NCBI GenBank assembly: GCA_963771235.1
Contig: CAVYSP010000004.1
Coordinates: 89,621 to 153,620, forward strand
DNA length: 64,000 bases
From: an uncultured Gammaproteobacteria bacterium
GTDB lineage: Bacteria > Pseudomonadota > Gammaproteobacteria > Xanthomonadales > Rhodanobacteraceae
Direction of reading: 5' to 3'
Positions 1 to 10,235 of this stretch are shown here, in pieces. The stretch's first letter is position 1. Every line of letters begins with the position of its first letter. Position numbers and translations under genes: made by a program. The notes below the pieces were generated by a model. It had not been told where the DNA came from and ran no database searches. It saw only the letters and a list, made by a program, of their open reading frames with translations.

Positions 1-193
1 CGACTCGGACGCCGAGCGGGCGTACTAGGCAACGGTTTTCACCGCGACTCGCGGCCGCCGGCACCATAACGGTCCCCGGCCGGATGCCCTTCGGCGCAGG
101 CCCGACCCCGGGTTCTTCTTGCGTACTTGCCCTGAACGCTCCGGCACGATCGCGTATGCTCGGCGCTCGGCTTTCCTGCCCGATGGAGCTCGG

Positions 194-1091
194 ATGACGC
201 GGATCGTGGTGGTCGGCAGCATCAATATGGACCTGGTCACGCAGTCGCCGCGCTTCGTCGGCCCCGGCGAGACCATCCTCGGCGAACGATTCGTCACCGT
301 GCCCGGCGGCAAGGGCGCCAACCAGGCAGTGGCGGCGGCCCGGCTCGGCGCCGAAGTGGCACTGGTCGGCGCGCTCGGCGAGGACGCCTTCGGCCACCAG
401 CTGCGCGCCGGCCTGGCCGCCGAGCAAATCCATCTGGACCACGTCGCCCGGCTCGACGACGGCGCCAGCGGCACCGCCTCGATCACCATCGCCGGCGGCG
501 AAAACCAGATCATCGTGGTGCCCGGGGCCAACGCCCGCGTCACGCCGGCCCAGGTGGAACAGGCACGCGAGCTGATCGAGCGCGCCGACGCCGTGCTGGT
601 GCAGATGGAAATCCCGCTGGAAACCGTCGAGGCCACGCTGCGCCTGGGCCACCGGCTCGGCGTGCCGGTGATCCTCAACCCCGCCCCCGCGCAGAAGCTG
701 CCCACCGACTGGTTGCGCCTGGCCCGCTACGTCACGCCGAACCAGCACGAACTCGCGATCCTGCTCGGCGCCGACCCGGCCGAGGACTTCCGCGTCCCTG
801 ATGCAACGCTCACCCTGTCCCGTCGTGCTCACCCGCGGCCGCGAGGGCGCCTGGTATCGCGAACAGGGCGACCCGATCCATCAGCCTGGCTTCAGCGTCG
901 AGGTGGTCGACAGCACCGGCGCCGGCGACACCTTCAATGCCGCGCTGGCGGTGTTCCTGCACGAAGGCCTGGCCACCGCGGTGCGCAAGGCCTGCGCCGC
1001 CGCCGCGCTGTCGGTGACGAAGCTGGGGGCGCAAGGCGGGATGCCGCGACTGGATGAACTGGAAGGATGGCTGGCGCGACAAGACGGGTGA
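194..1091 (+). CDS. rbsK: Ribokinase (PfkB family); one apparent frameshift near 795
   Basis: N-term VVVGSINMDLV, PGGKGANQAVAAARLG, NPAPA, PNQHEL; C-term DSTGAGDTF continues in another frame (ORF 801-1091). Confidence 0.88.
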
Positions 1092-1475
1092 GCAGCGCGA
1101 CCCCGAATCATGCAGCCATGGGGAAGAGGAAATACACACGTCGCAACCTCTCCCACCGCTTGGTCAAGCTGGCGTCAGGCATGCGCAACGCCAGCGGGGC
1201 GGAGCGGCGTTTCGCGTGGGCTTGAAAGTCAGTGATAAAAGCCAGTTCGACCAGATCACTCTTTGAAGCTGTGCATGCCGCCGAACTTGGGTCACCTGAA
1301 CCGACCGTCTGAATCGGCTCGCCGGCACATTGATCGGCCCCCAACCCACCGGCCGCAACCGGCCAGTAACGGTCTTCCGAAAGTGCATTCTGACCCGAGC
1401 CTTAGACCCGAGCCTTACTACAGGCGATGGCCTGGCGCGTGACGACGTCGTGGCGAATAGCACCTTTAGCGATGG

Positions 1476-1511
1476 CTTGCTATTTATAGCATCGCCTTGC
1501 TATTTATAGCA
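1476..1511. promoter_or_regulatory. Tandem pair of palindromic AT-rich boxes upstream of AAA ATPase gene (candidate operator)
   Basis: CTTGCTATTTATAGCA at 1476-1491 and 1496-1511 (20-bp period), each with GCTAT-TT-ATAGC dyad. Confidence 0.5.
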
Positions 1512-1544
1512 GAACGATGTTTCCCACGCTACCGAGGAGCCGCC

Positions 1545-2723
1545 GTGTCCCTGCCCGACCAACTACCGTACTTTCCGCGACCGGATTTGCTGGCATCGAT
1601 CCTGCGACTGCTGCTTTCGGGGACCAACGTGACCTTGTTCGCGCCCCGCCGCCACGGCAAAACCCAGTTCGTGCGCAATGAGCTGCTTCCCTCGTTGAAC
1701 GAGGACGGCTGGTTCGCGGCACGAGTGGACCTGTGGCGAAATCGAGACAACCCGGTTCTGGGCTTGGTCGAGGGACTGGAGGCGATCGCCCAGGCCTCGC
1801 AACCGAAGCGATCCATTCTTTCCACGCCGTTGGACCTGAAGTCGATCCGCACGACGTTCAAGACGCCCGGCGTGGACATCGAGGGACGCTGGGTACCGGC
1901 GACAGGCGCGGTGTTTGCGCCTCAAGCAACCATGGCCAACCGCGTAGCAGACGCATTGCATGTCATCGCTGAACGCGGCAGCCACGCTCTCATCGCGCTG
2001 GACGAATTCCAGGCGCTCGCTGTACCTGGAGCAGAAGACTTCGTCGCGAGTCTCCGCACGGTCCTGCAAGACCTGGAAGGGAGCTTGAGCGTTATTTTCA
2101 CCGGGTCGTCCCGCGCCGGCCTCAATCGCCTGTTTCAGCGCGCGAAGGCTCCGCTGTTCCGATCGGCAGAGACCGTCACGCTGCCCAATCTGGGTGATGA
2201 CTTCGTGGACTCTCGTGCCGACTACCTCGCGGACATTGCGAGCCTTATGGTCGACCGCGACCAGCTCAAGCTCCTTTATCCGCGGCTCTGCTACACGCCT
2301 CTTTTTCTGAACCAGCTCGTTCGAGGAATGCTCGTTTCCGGCGATACAGACGTCCCCCGCGGCTTCCAGCGGTGGCTCGCGCGTAAGCGCGACGGAGAAT
2401 ACGCAGACCTTATTTACGCTCTGAGCGATCTCGAATTCGCCGTCGTGGTCAGGCTTGCGACAAGTGCGGATAACAGCGTCTACACCGCCGAGGCGCGGCA
2501 AGCCATGGGAGAGTTCATGGCAGCCACACGTCCACCCGAAGTGTCCAGGGTGCAAACGGCGATCCGCAAGCTGACCAACGGCGGCATCGTTGACCCGACC
2601 GGAACCAAGGGCTCTTACGAGATTGCCGATCAAGGCTTTCAGATCGTTCTGAGGGAACCGCAAGCTCTGGGACCGGCGCAGGCCAATACAGACTCCGATG
2701 AGGGAGACCACGAGATTGTGTGA
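1545..2723 (+). CDS. P-loop AAA/STAND-like ATPase with probable C-terminal winged helix
   Basis: GTG start after GAGGAG (1534-1539); Walker A FAPRRHGKT, Walker B LIALDEFQ, IFTGSS sensor; C-term SRVQTAIRKLTNGGIV...YEIAD is wHTH-like. Confidence 0.8.
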   Translation: MSLPDQLPYFPRPDLLASILRLLLSGTNVTLFAPRRHGKTQFVRNELLPSLNEDGWFAARVDLWRNRDNPVLGLVEGLEAIAQASQPKRSILSTPLDLKSIRTTFKTPGVDIEGRWVPATGAVFAPQATMANRVADALHVIAERGSHALIALDEFQALAVPGAEDFVASLRTVLQDLEGSLSVIFTGSSRAGLNRLFQRAKAPLFRSAETVTLPNLGDDFVDSRADYLADIASLMVDRDQLKLLYPRLCYTPLFLNQLVRGMLVSGDTDVPRGFQRWLARKRDGEYADLIYALSDLEFAVVVRLATSADNSVYTAEARQAMGEFMAATRPPEVSRVQTAIRKLTNGGIVDPTGTKGSYEIADQGFQIVLREPQALGPAQANTDSDEGDHEIV

Positions 2724-2948
2724 CCAAGCAGGAGCATGGCCAGCCGACGAGGGCGAATCATCAAGCATTGAGCCAAGGGGGTCGGTCAATACCCCTCATC
2801 CGGTCAATACCCTGGTGTTTTTGGCTCACGCACAAGATGTGATCCAAAGAAAAATATGTTGCCACGACAATAAGTTGGCCAGAATTCCGGTCGACTTGGC
2901 GCGTGGTTTTGGCGAAAGCTTGGCAGATAGTCGGCGTTTTGAGCCAAG

Positions 2949-4582
2949 TTACGGAAGGCGATAGCGTGTGCCACTGCGCACCCCCTCCTGACGCAGCTTG
3001 TCTTCCCTGACTAGTTGCTCAAGGCCGCGGCGGATGCGCGAGCGCGGGATTTCCGCACCAATGCGTTGGTGGATCTCGCTGATTTTGGCCATCGGGTAGC
3101 GCCCGACATCCTCCACGATCAAGGCCTGGAGGCGGTGAGGCTCGATGCGCTTCAACGTGGTTTCCGTCGAAAACTGCAGGCTGCGCAGAAGCTGCGGATC
3201 AACAAAATAGCGGGTGGCCTGGGTGCGGCCGGCACTGCACACGATGGCCCAGCCGGTCAGACGGGACAGCCACGGGTGCAAGGCATCCACTGAGGGCAGC
3301 TCCAGCGAAGCCATCAATTCCCGCGCCGTCATCGCGTCGTGCTGCGCAAGCAGGCCCAGGGTGATCCGCTCGCGCTGGGTGAGTTGATAGGTCTGGTCGG
3401 CCTTGGCAATGAAGTCGATGACTTCGGGCTTGAGGATGCGCCGGCGAACGGTGACCTGGACGCGATCGAGCGCCTCCGTCACCTCCGGTACCAGGCGGCC
3501 CTGCGAAAGAAGGATTTCGTACATCTTGTCGAAACCGCTGCCTTCGCGCTCCATCAGCTTCAGGTCATGAAACAGCCGCGCCAGATGTTCGTTGCGACGC
3601 ACAGTGGTGTGCAGCACGTTTTGCGGCGTCACACCCAGCGGCAACGGCCCCGGATTGATGACTTCCAGGCGATCCGGGTACATCTTGAGAAAGATGTCGC
3701 CACGCTGCGTATAAGGGCGATGGACCTGAGCATTGACCAGCAACTCGCGTATCACGATCTCGTCGAATGCGGCAATTGCTGGCGATAGAGACCATCGGGC
3801 AGCTCGTAGTGCTCGCGAAAATCGGGAATGGTTTGCCAGACACTGTCGATCAGGCTCATCGGGTTCTGAGTGTAGTCATCCCAGACCAGCTTGTTCACCT
3901 TCTGGTCCTGGGCGTCGTACTTGATGAACTGGATGACGGGTGCGCAGTGCAATTGGGCACGATGACGCTGCTGCCCCAGGCAAAGGAGGCCCAAGTGGGT
4001 CAGGTAGGGGCCGTGCGCCAGTTGGTAATGATCCAGCGTTTCATCGACGGTCTTTTCCTTGATCGATGGTTTGACGCGGTCGGATGCACGCAGCGCCAAG
4101 ACCAGGCGTTCGCAACTCGCCGGATCGACCTCGGAGCGGGAAATGCACAACGTGGTCTGGGTTTCCCACGGCAGGGCCGCGCGCTCGGAAGCCAGCCGCG
4201 ACACGTCGTCGCCAACCACCGGTTTGCTTTGGTCCGCGACACGCAGGAAGTAACGGCCATCGATCGTTGAGGCCACAGCAGCGGAACGGGGAATGCGCAG
4301 ATCGATGTATTGCCCGCGGTTCGGTGCCATGACGACTTCCGGCAAGACGGCAACATTGACCGTGCGCTCGGCAATTTTGCGCCGGATGGTGTCGGCGAGA
4401 TCGTCCGGGATGTGCTGTTCGGCAGGAGGTTCGCCTTGGTCGTCTTCAATGCCGATCAGCAAGCGACCACCCGAGGCATTGGCAAAGGCCACACAGTCCT
4501 TGCTCAGCTCTTTCCAGTCCGCTGTCTTGCCCATGACCGAGCGCAGCGATTTCTTGTCGAGTAATTGTCCTTCCTGACTCAT
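2949..4582 (-). CDS. AlbA_2 (Schlafen)-domain protein fused to RecG-C-like HATPase_c_4 and C-terminal wHTH; one apparent frameshift near 3770
   Basis: MSQEGQLLDKKS...DCVAFANASGGRLLIGIEDD (AlbA_2); IRELLVNAQVHRPY...NPGPLP...RNEHLA...EREGSGF (HATPase_c_4); C-term HTH RSRIRRGLEQLV...GTRYRL. Confidence 0.82.
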
Positions 4583-4653
4583 GGCTGCGCCCCCTCCGTT
4601 CAAGCTTATCAGTCCATCAAGGCACGTCGAAGCCCGCGCCCGGCATCGTGATG

Positions 4654-6001
4654 TCACTTGCCTATGCAGAAGCTGGAAAAAATCGCCCCGAGCAGATCGT
4701 CGCTGGTGTAGCTGCCGGTGATTTCGCCGAGCGCGTGCTGGGCGTGGCGCAGTTCTTCGGCGGCGAGTTCGCCGGCGCCGCTGGGCGAGTTGGCTTGCGG
4801 TGCTGTGCAAATGGACGTCTACCTGTTCCAGCGCCAGCACGTGGCGGCGGCGCGCGCTGAAGGCGCCTTCGCCGCTGCCGGCGCCGGCGAGTTGCTTGAG
4901 GTGGTCGCGCAGCGCGTCGAGGCCGGCGCCGGTCTTCGCCGAGGCCCATAGCCAGTGCGCGCGGTCGCGCTGTTCGCTGTGCGGGGCGAGGCCGTCGCGG
5001 TCGATCTTGTTGATCAGCACGATGCGTTCGACGCTCGTCGGCAGGGCGGCGAAGAAGGCGAGGTCGGCGCTGGCGTGTTCGGCATCGGTGACCAGCAGGG
5101 CGACGTCGGCGCGTTGCAGTTCGCCGTGGGCGCGGCGCACGCCTTCGCGTTCGACTTCGTCGTCGCTGTCGCGCAGGCCGGCGGTGTCGGCCAGTTCCAG
5201 CGCGATGCCATCCAGGTTGAGGTTTTCGCGCAGCACGTCGCGGGTGGTGCCGGCGGCGGCATTGACGATGGCGCGGTCGCTGCCGGCCAATGCATTCAGC
5301 AGGCTGGACTTGCCGGCGTTGGGGCGGCCGATGATGGCCACGCGCAGGCCGTCGTTGAGACGCAGGCCGCGCCGGGCTTCGCGCAGCAGCTCGGCCAGTT
5401 CCGCGCGCACGGTTTCCAGTTGCCGCGTGATCGCCGGGTCGGCGAGGAAGTCGATTTCCTCTTCCGGAAAATCGATCGCCGCCTCGATATGCACGCGCAG
5501 GGCGATCAGCTCGCTGCAGCACCGCCGTCGACCTTGCGCGAGAACACGCCTTCCATCGACTGCAACGCGGCGCGCGCGCCGGCCTGCGAGCGCGCCGCGA
5601 TCAGGTCGGCGACGGCTTCGGCCTGGGCCAGGTCGAGCTTGCCGTTGAGGAAGGCGCGCTCGGTGAATTCGCCGGGTCGGGCCAGCCGCGCGCCGAGTTC
5701 GCAGCAGCGGCGCAGCAACTGATCGAGCAGCACCGCGCTGCCGTGGCCCTGCAGTTCCAGCACGTGTTCGCCGGTGTAGGAAGCGGGGGCCGGAAAGTGC
5801 AGCAGCAGGCCGCGATCGATGAGTTCGCCGGCCCGGTCACGGAAGGCGGCGAAGTGCGCGTACGCTTGGTTGCGGGGCGCGCCCGAGCAGGGTGCGCGCC
5901 ATCGTCGGCACCGCGGGGCCGGATACGCGCACCACGCCGACACCGGCGGCGCCCGGCGCGCTGGCGATGGCGGCAATCGTGTCGGCGGCAGGGTCTGGCA
6001 T
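4654..6001 (-). CDS. mnmE: tRNA modification GTPase MnmE (TrmE); several apparent frameshifts
   Basis: [73 protein letters not shown], terminal FSSFCIGK. Confidence 0.96.
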
Positions 6002-6014
6002 GACTTGGGACTCT

Positions 6015-6051
6015 AAACGAAAGCAGCCGCGACAGTGTCCCGTCGCGGCTG
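6015..6051 (-). terminator. Hairpin plus short U-rich tail between yidC and mnmE
   Basis: Stem CAGCCGCGAC/GTCGCGGCTG (6024-6051) followed on minus strand by CTTTCGTTT. Confidence 0.5.
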
Positions 6052-6075
6052 GCGAGTGTTGATGCGCAGGCGCAC

Positions 6076-7827
6076 TCAGTCCGTAGTGAGTGCGCGGCGC
6101 CGATCGATGTGATGGGTCACCCACCACTGCTGGCCCAGGCCGACCAGGCCGTTCACCGCGTAGTACAGGCACAGGCCGGCGGGGAAGAAGGCGAACAGCA
6201 CCGTGAACAGCAACGGCATCACCTTCATCATCTTGGCCTGGGTCGGATCCATGCCCGCGGCGGCCGGGTTCAGCCACTGCGTGCCCAGCATCACGATCGC
6301 GTAGATGACCGGCAGGATGTAGAGCGGGTCGGGCGCGCTCAGGTCGGGGATCCACAGGAACGGCGCGTGGCGCAGTTCCAGGCTGTACTCCAGCACGTAG
6401 AACAGACCGTAAAACACCGGCAGCGTGATCAACACCGGCAGGCAGCCGCCCATCGGGTTGACCTTCTCCTTCTTGTACAGCTCCATGGTGGCTTGCTGCA
6501 TCTTCTGCTTGTCGTCGCCGTAACGCTCCTTCAGCGCCTTCATGCGCGGCGCCAGCTTGCGCATGCGCGCGCTGGAGCGGTACTGCATCGCGGTGAGCTT
6601 CCAGGTCAGGCCCTTGATCAGCAGCACCAGCAGGATGATCGCCACGCCCCAGTTCCTGGTGAGTGCATGCAACTGCGACAGCACCCAGTGCGTCGGCACG
6701 GCAATGACCTTGAACATGCCGTAGTCGATGGTCAGGTCGAGGCCGGGGGCGATCGCATCCAGCGTGCCTTGCACGTTCGGCCCGAGATACAGCCGCGCCT
6801 GGCTGGTCAGGCTCTGTCCCGGCGCCACGCTGCATCGAGGGGCCGACCGCACGAATCAGGTAGCGCGGATGCGCGCTGTCCGGATCGATGGTCTGGGTCA
6901 CGTAATGGTCGGTCTGGTCGGCCGGCGGAATCCACGCGGCGACAAAGTACAGGCGCAGCATCGCCGCCCAGCCGCCCTTGATCTGGCTGTCCAGCGCATC
7001 CTTCTTCTCGCTGAAATCCTTGAACGTCAGCTTCTCGAACTTCTCGCCGGTATACCAGGCGGCGCCCATGAAACTGCGCTGTTCCGGATCGGTGTAGTGG
7101 CTCAGCCAGCTCGAAGCCTTGGGCGGCGCCACGCGCTGCAGTTGTTGATAGGCGTTGCCCTGCCAAGTCGTTGGCCGTGCCGTTGTCGATGCTGCTGGCT
7201 CAAGCCGATCGACATAGCTGCCGCGCTTGAAGGTGTAGGTCTTGGTGACCTTCAGGCCGGCGGCATCCTGCCAGGTCAGCGCGACCTGCAGCTCGTTCTG
7301 GCCGGGCGCCATGGCATAGCTGGTTTTCGCGCTCTGGAACAGCGCCTGGTGATTGGGCTGATCCGCGGGCGCGGTGTCGCTGCTGCTGACCAGGCCATTC
7401 TGGGCCACGAAGTAAGTGCGTCGGATCGTTGTCCAGCAGGACGGTCGGCGGCGGGTTCGGGATCGTCGTGGGTCGGCGCTTGTTCGGGTAGGCGAGCAGA
7501 TCCGCATGCACCAGGCTGCCGCCGCGCGTGTCGATCTTGCAGGTGCAGCACATCGGTGTCGACCGTGATCAGCTGCGACGGCGCCTGTGCCAGCGTGCGC
7601 TGCATCGGTCGCGATGGTCGCCGCCGCAGTCGGCGTGCGGCGGAACTCGATGCGGCGGCGATGGCGGAAGGAATGCTGCCGTCGGCCGACCGGGCGCTCG
7701 CCTGGCTGGCGCCGGTGCTGGCCGCGGTGACCGGCGGCTGGGGCGCGTAGTCTTTTTCCCAGGCGATGAACAGGAAATACGCCACGGCCAGCAGGGCGAA
7801 CAAGAGGAAGTTGCGCGTTTGGTTCAT
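6076..7827 (-). CDS. yidC: Membrane protein insertase YidC; several apparent frameshifts
   Basis: MNQTRNFLL start; NWGVAIILLVLLIK, ELYKKEKVNPMGGCLP, WIPDLSAPDP; position between rnpA and mnmE. Confidence 0.95.
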
Positions 7828-7891
7828 CGCGTAGCAGATCCGGGTAACGCCACGACTCGAAGGTCTCGCCGCGGAGGCAGGAAAGAAAAGG

Positions 7892-8298
7892 TCAACGCTC
7901 GATTGTGGTGGTGTCGTCGGCCCGCTTCAATGGTTCGCTCGATGCCGGCGCGGGAGGCCAGCAGCTTTTTCCACACGCCATCGAGCTCGCGCAGCAGCTC
8001 GGCGCCGGGCACGCCGGCGGCCTGTTCGCGCGCCATCACCATCAGGTCGACCGGCGGCAGCTGGTGGCGCACGCGCCGGAACGATTCACGCACCAGGCGC
8101 TTGATCCGGTTGCGCTCGACGGCGCGCTTGGACACCCGCTTGGAGATCGCCAGGCCGAGCCGCGCGCATGCCGAGCTCGTTGTCGCGATAGCGCAAATGA
8201 AAACAGCGGCCGCCTGCGCGTCCGCTGCTGGTTCGCAAGGCGGCGAAGTCAGCTGGCCGAAGTAACCGCGCCGCGCGCGGCAGCCCGGCCCCGGGCAT
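7892..8298 (-). CDS. rnpA: Ribonuclease P protein component; apparent frameshifts near 8165 and 7935, 3' end inferred
   Basis: SKRAVERNRIKRLVRESFR (RNR motif); directly follows rpmH. Confidence 0.92.
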
Positions 8299-8316
8299 GA
8301 CGCGTCCGCGCCGCGG

Positions 8317-8451
8317 TTACGGGATCAGGCGCTTGCGGCCCTTGGCGCGACGGGCGTTGAGGATTTTGCGGCCGTCGGCGGTCGCCATGCGGGCGCGGAA
8401 ACCGTGCGTGCGCGCGCGCTTGAGCTTGCTGGGCTGGAAGGTCCGCTTCAT
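8317..8451 (-). CDS. rpmH: 50S ribosomal protein L34
   Basis: [44 protein letters not shown]. Confidence 0.99.
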   Translation of the reverse strand: MKRTFQPSKLKRARTHGFRARMATADGRKILNARRAKGRKRLIP

Positions 8452-8489
8452 GGGTTGCTCCGAAGGGAATGTGGTTAAAAAGGTTGGAG

Positions 8490-8519
8490 AGTATGTCGGG
8501 TTTGCGTGATGCCTGTCAA
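8490..8519 (-). promoter_or_regulatory. Putative sigma70 promoter of rpmH operon
   Basis: TTGACA-18 bp-CATACT on minus strand, ~40 bp upstream of the rpmH start. Confidence 0.6.
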
Positions 8520-8642
8520 ATGACCGCGGGCTGCGCACCGGCGCCTGCCGCGGCGCGGCGCCGGCTGCGGGGCGGCGGGGGCTGCTGCTAGACTGTTCGT
8601 CACCCCGCGCGCATCGCGCCCCAGCTGTGGTTGATCGAATTC

Positions 8643-9978
8643 ATGAGTGATCTGTGGCGGCGCTGCCTTGAGCGCCTCGAAGGCGATCTGAGCGCCGAAG
8701 ACCTGCATACCTGGCTGATGCCGCTGCAGGCGCGCGACGATGCCGACGGCGTGCAGCTGTTCGCGCCCAATCCCTACACGCTGGACACCGTGCGCCAGCG
8801 TTACCTGCCGCAGATCGAGACAGGTGCTGCAGCAGCTGCTGGGCAAAGCCTGCCCGGTCCGTCTGGAAGTCGGTTCCAGTTCGCCGCCCGTCGGCGCACC
8901 GCGAAGCCGGCGGCTCGCACCCGCGCCAAGCCGGAGGCTGCGGCGGCGCAAGCGCTTCCGGCACAACCTCGATCCGCACTACACGTTCGAGACCTTCGTG
9001 GAAGGCAAATCGAACCAGCTGGGCAAGGCCGCGGCGATGCAGGTGGCGACCAACCCGGGCCGGGCCTACAACCCGCTGCTGTTGTACGGCGGCACCGGCC
9101 TGGGCAAGACCCACCTGATGCATGCGGCCGGCAACCTGATGCTGGAGCGCAACCCGGGCTTCAAGGTGATGTGCCTGAGCTCCGAGCAGTTCGTCGGCTC
9201 GATGATCGAGGCCTTGCGCGCGAAGAGCATGGATGAATTCAAGCGACGCTTCCGTTCGGTCGATGCGCTGCTGATCGACGACATCCAGTTCTTTGCCGGC
9301 AAGGACACCACCCAGGAAGAATTTTTCCACACCTTCAATGCGCTGTTCGAGTCCAAGCAACAGATCATCCTCACCTGCGACCGTTACCCGAAGGAGGTCG
9401 ACAAGCTGGAGCCGCGGCTGAAGTCGCGCCTGGGCTGGGGCCTGAGCGTGGCCATCGAACCGCCGGATTTCGAGACCCGCGCGGCGATCTTGCTGGCCAA
9501 GGCGCACGAGAAGGACATGGTGATGGACGAAAGCGTGGCGATGCTGCTGGCCAAGCGCATCCGCTCGAACGTGCGCGACCTCGAAGGCGCCCTCAACACG
9601 CTGGCCGCCCGCGCCAATTTCTACGGCAAGCCGATCACCAACGATTTCGCCGAGGAGACCTTGCGCGACCTGCTGGCCACGCACGCCCAGGCGGTCACCA
9701 TCGCCAATATCCAGAAGATCACCGCGGAATACTTCAACGTGCGCCTGCAGGATCTGCTGTCCAAACGTCGGGTGCGCTCGCTGGCGCGGCCGCGGCAGAT
9801 CGCGATGACGCTGTCCAAGGAACTGACCGAACACAGCCTGCCCGAGATCGGCGAGGCGTTTGGCGGGCGCGACCACACCACGGTGATGCACGCGTGCAAG
9901 ACGATCCGCAAGTTCCTCGAGACCGATGTGAGAATGCGCCAGGACTGGGAGCAGTTGATCCGTACCCTGACCGGCTGA
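8643..9978 (+). CDS. dnaA: Chromosomal replication initiator DnaA; apparent frameshift(s) near 8820-8950
   Basis: [55 protein letters not shown]. Confidence 0.98.
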
Positions 9979-10235
9979 GACGGGAGCGCGCCGAATGCGC
10001 GAGAATGCATGGATAAACAGGGGTTCAGGTTGTGGATAACCGGTGGGCGATTCGTGGCGCCAGGTTATCCACAAACCATGCACCGGCAGTCGGGCTGGCG
10101 TTGCACAGCGACATGATTCAGTATCTGATTGATTTCAATAGAAAATACTGCACGAAACACGTTCTCCACATGCTCTACAGCAACTACTAAACTTCTCTTA
10201 AAAGAAAAGAACAGCAGGCAGAGGGAAACCCAATC
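9979..10235. other. Replication origin oriC (dnaA-dnaN intergenic)
   Basis: Perfect DnaA boxes TGTGGATAA 10031-10039 and TTATCCACA 10065-10073; TTCTCCACA 10162-10170 followed by trio-like TAC AGC AAC TAC TAA and AT-rich run; IHF-like site ~10122-10134. Confidence 0.88.

Noticed and set aside
3752..5494. 580-aa ORF that looks like an MnmE-Schlafen fusion
   Set aside because: Artefact of a frameshift near 4780. mnmE has its normal FCIGK-stop at 4654 in another frame, and the AlbA gene has its own SD and ATG at 4582.
8086..9236. Programmed frameshifting or pseudogenisation of dnaA and rnpA
   Set aside because: These are essential genes, I saw no slippery motifs, and indels are scattered through all neighbouring genes, consistent with sequencing error.
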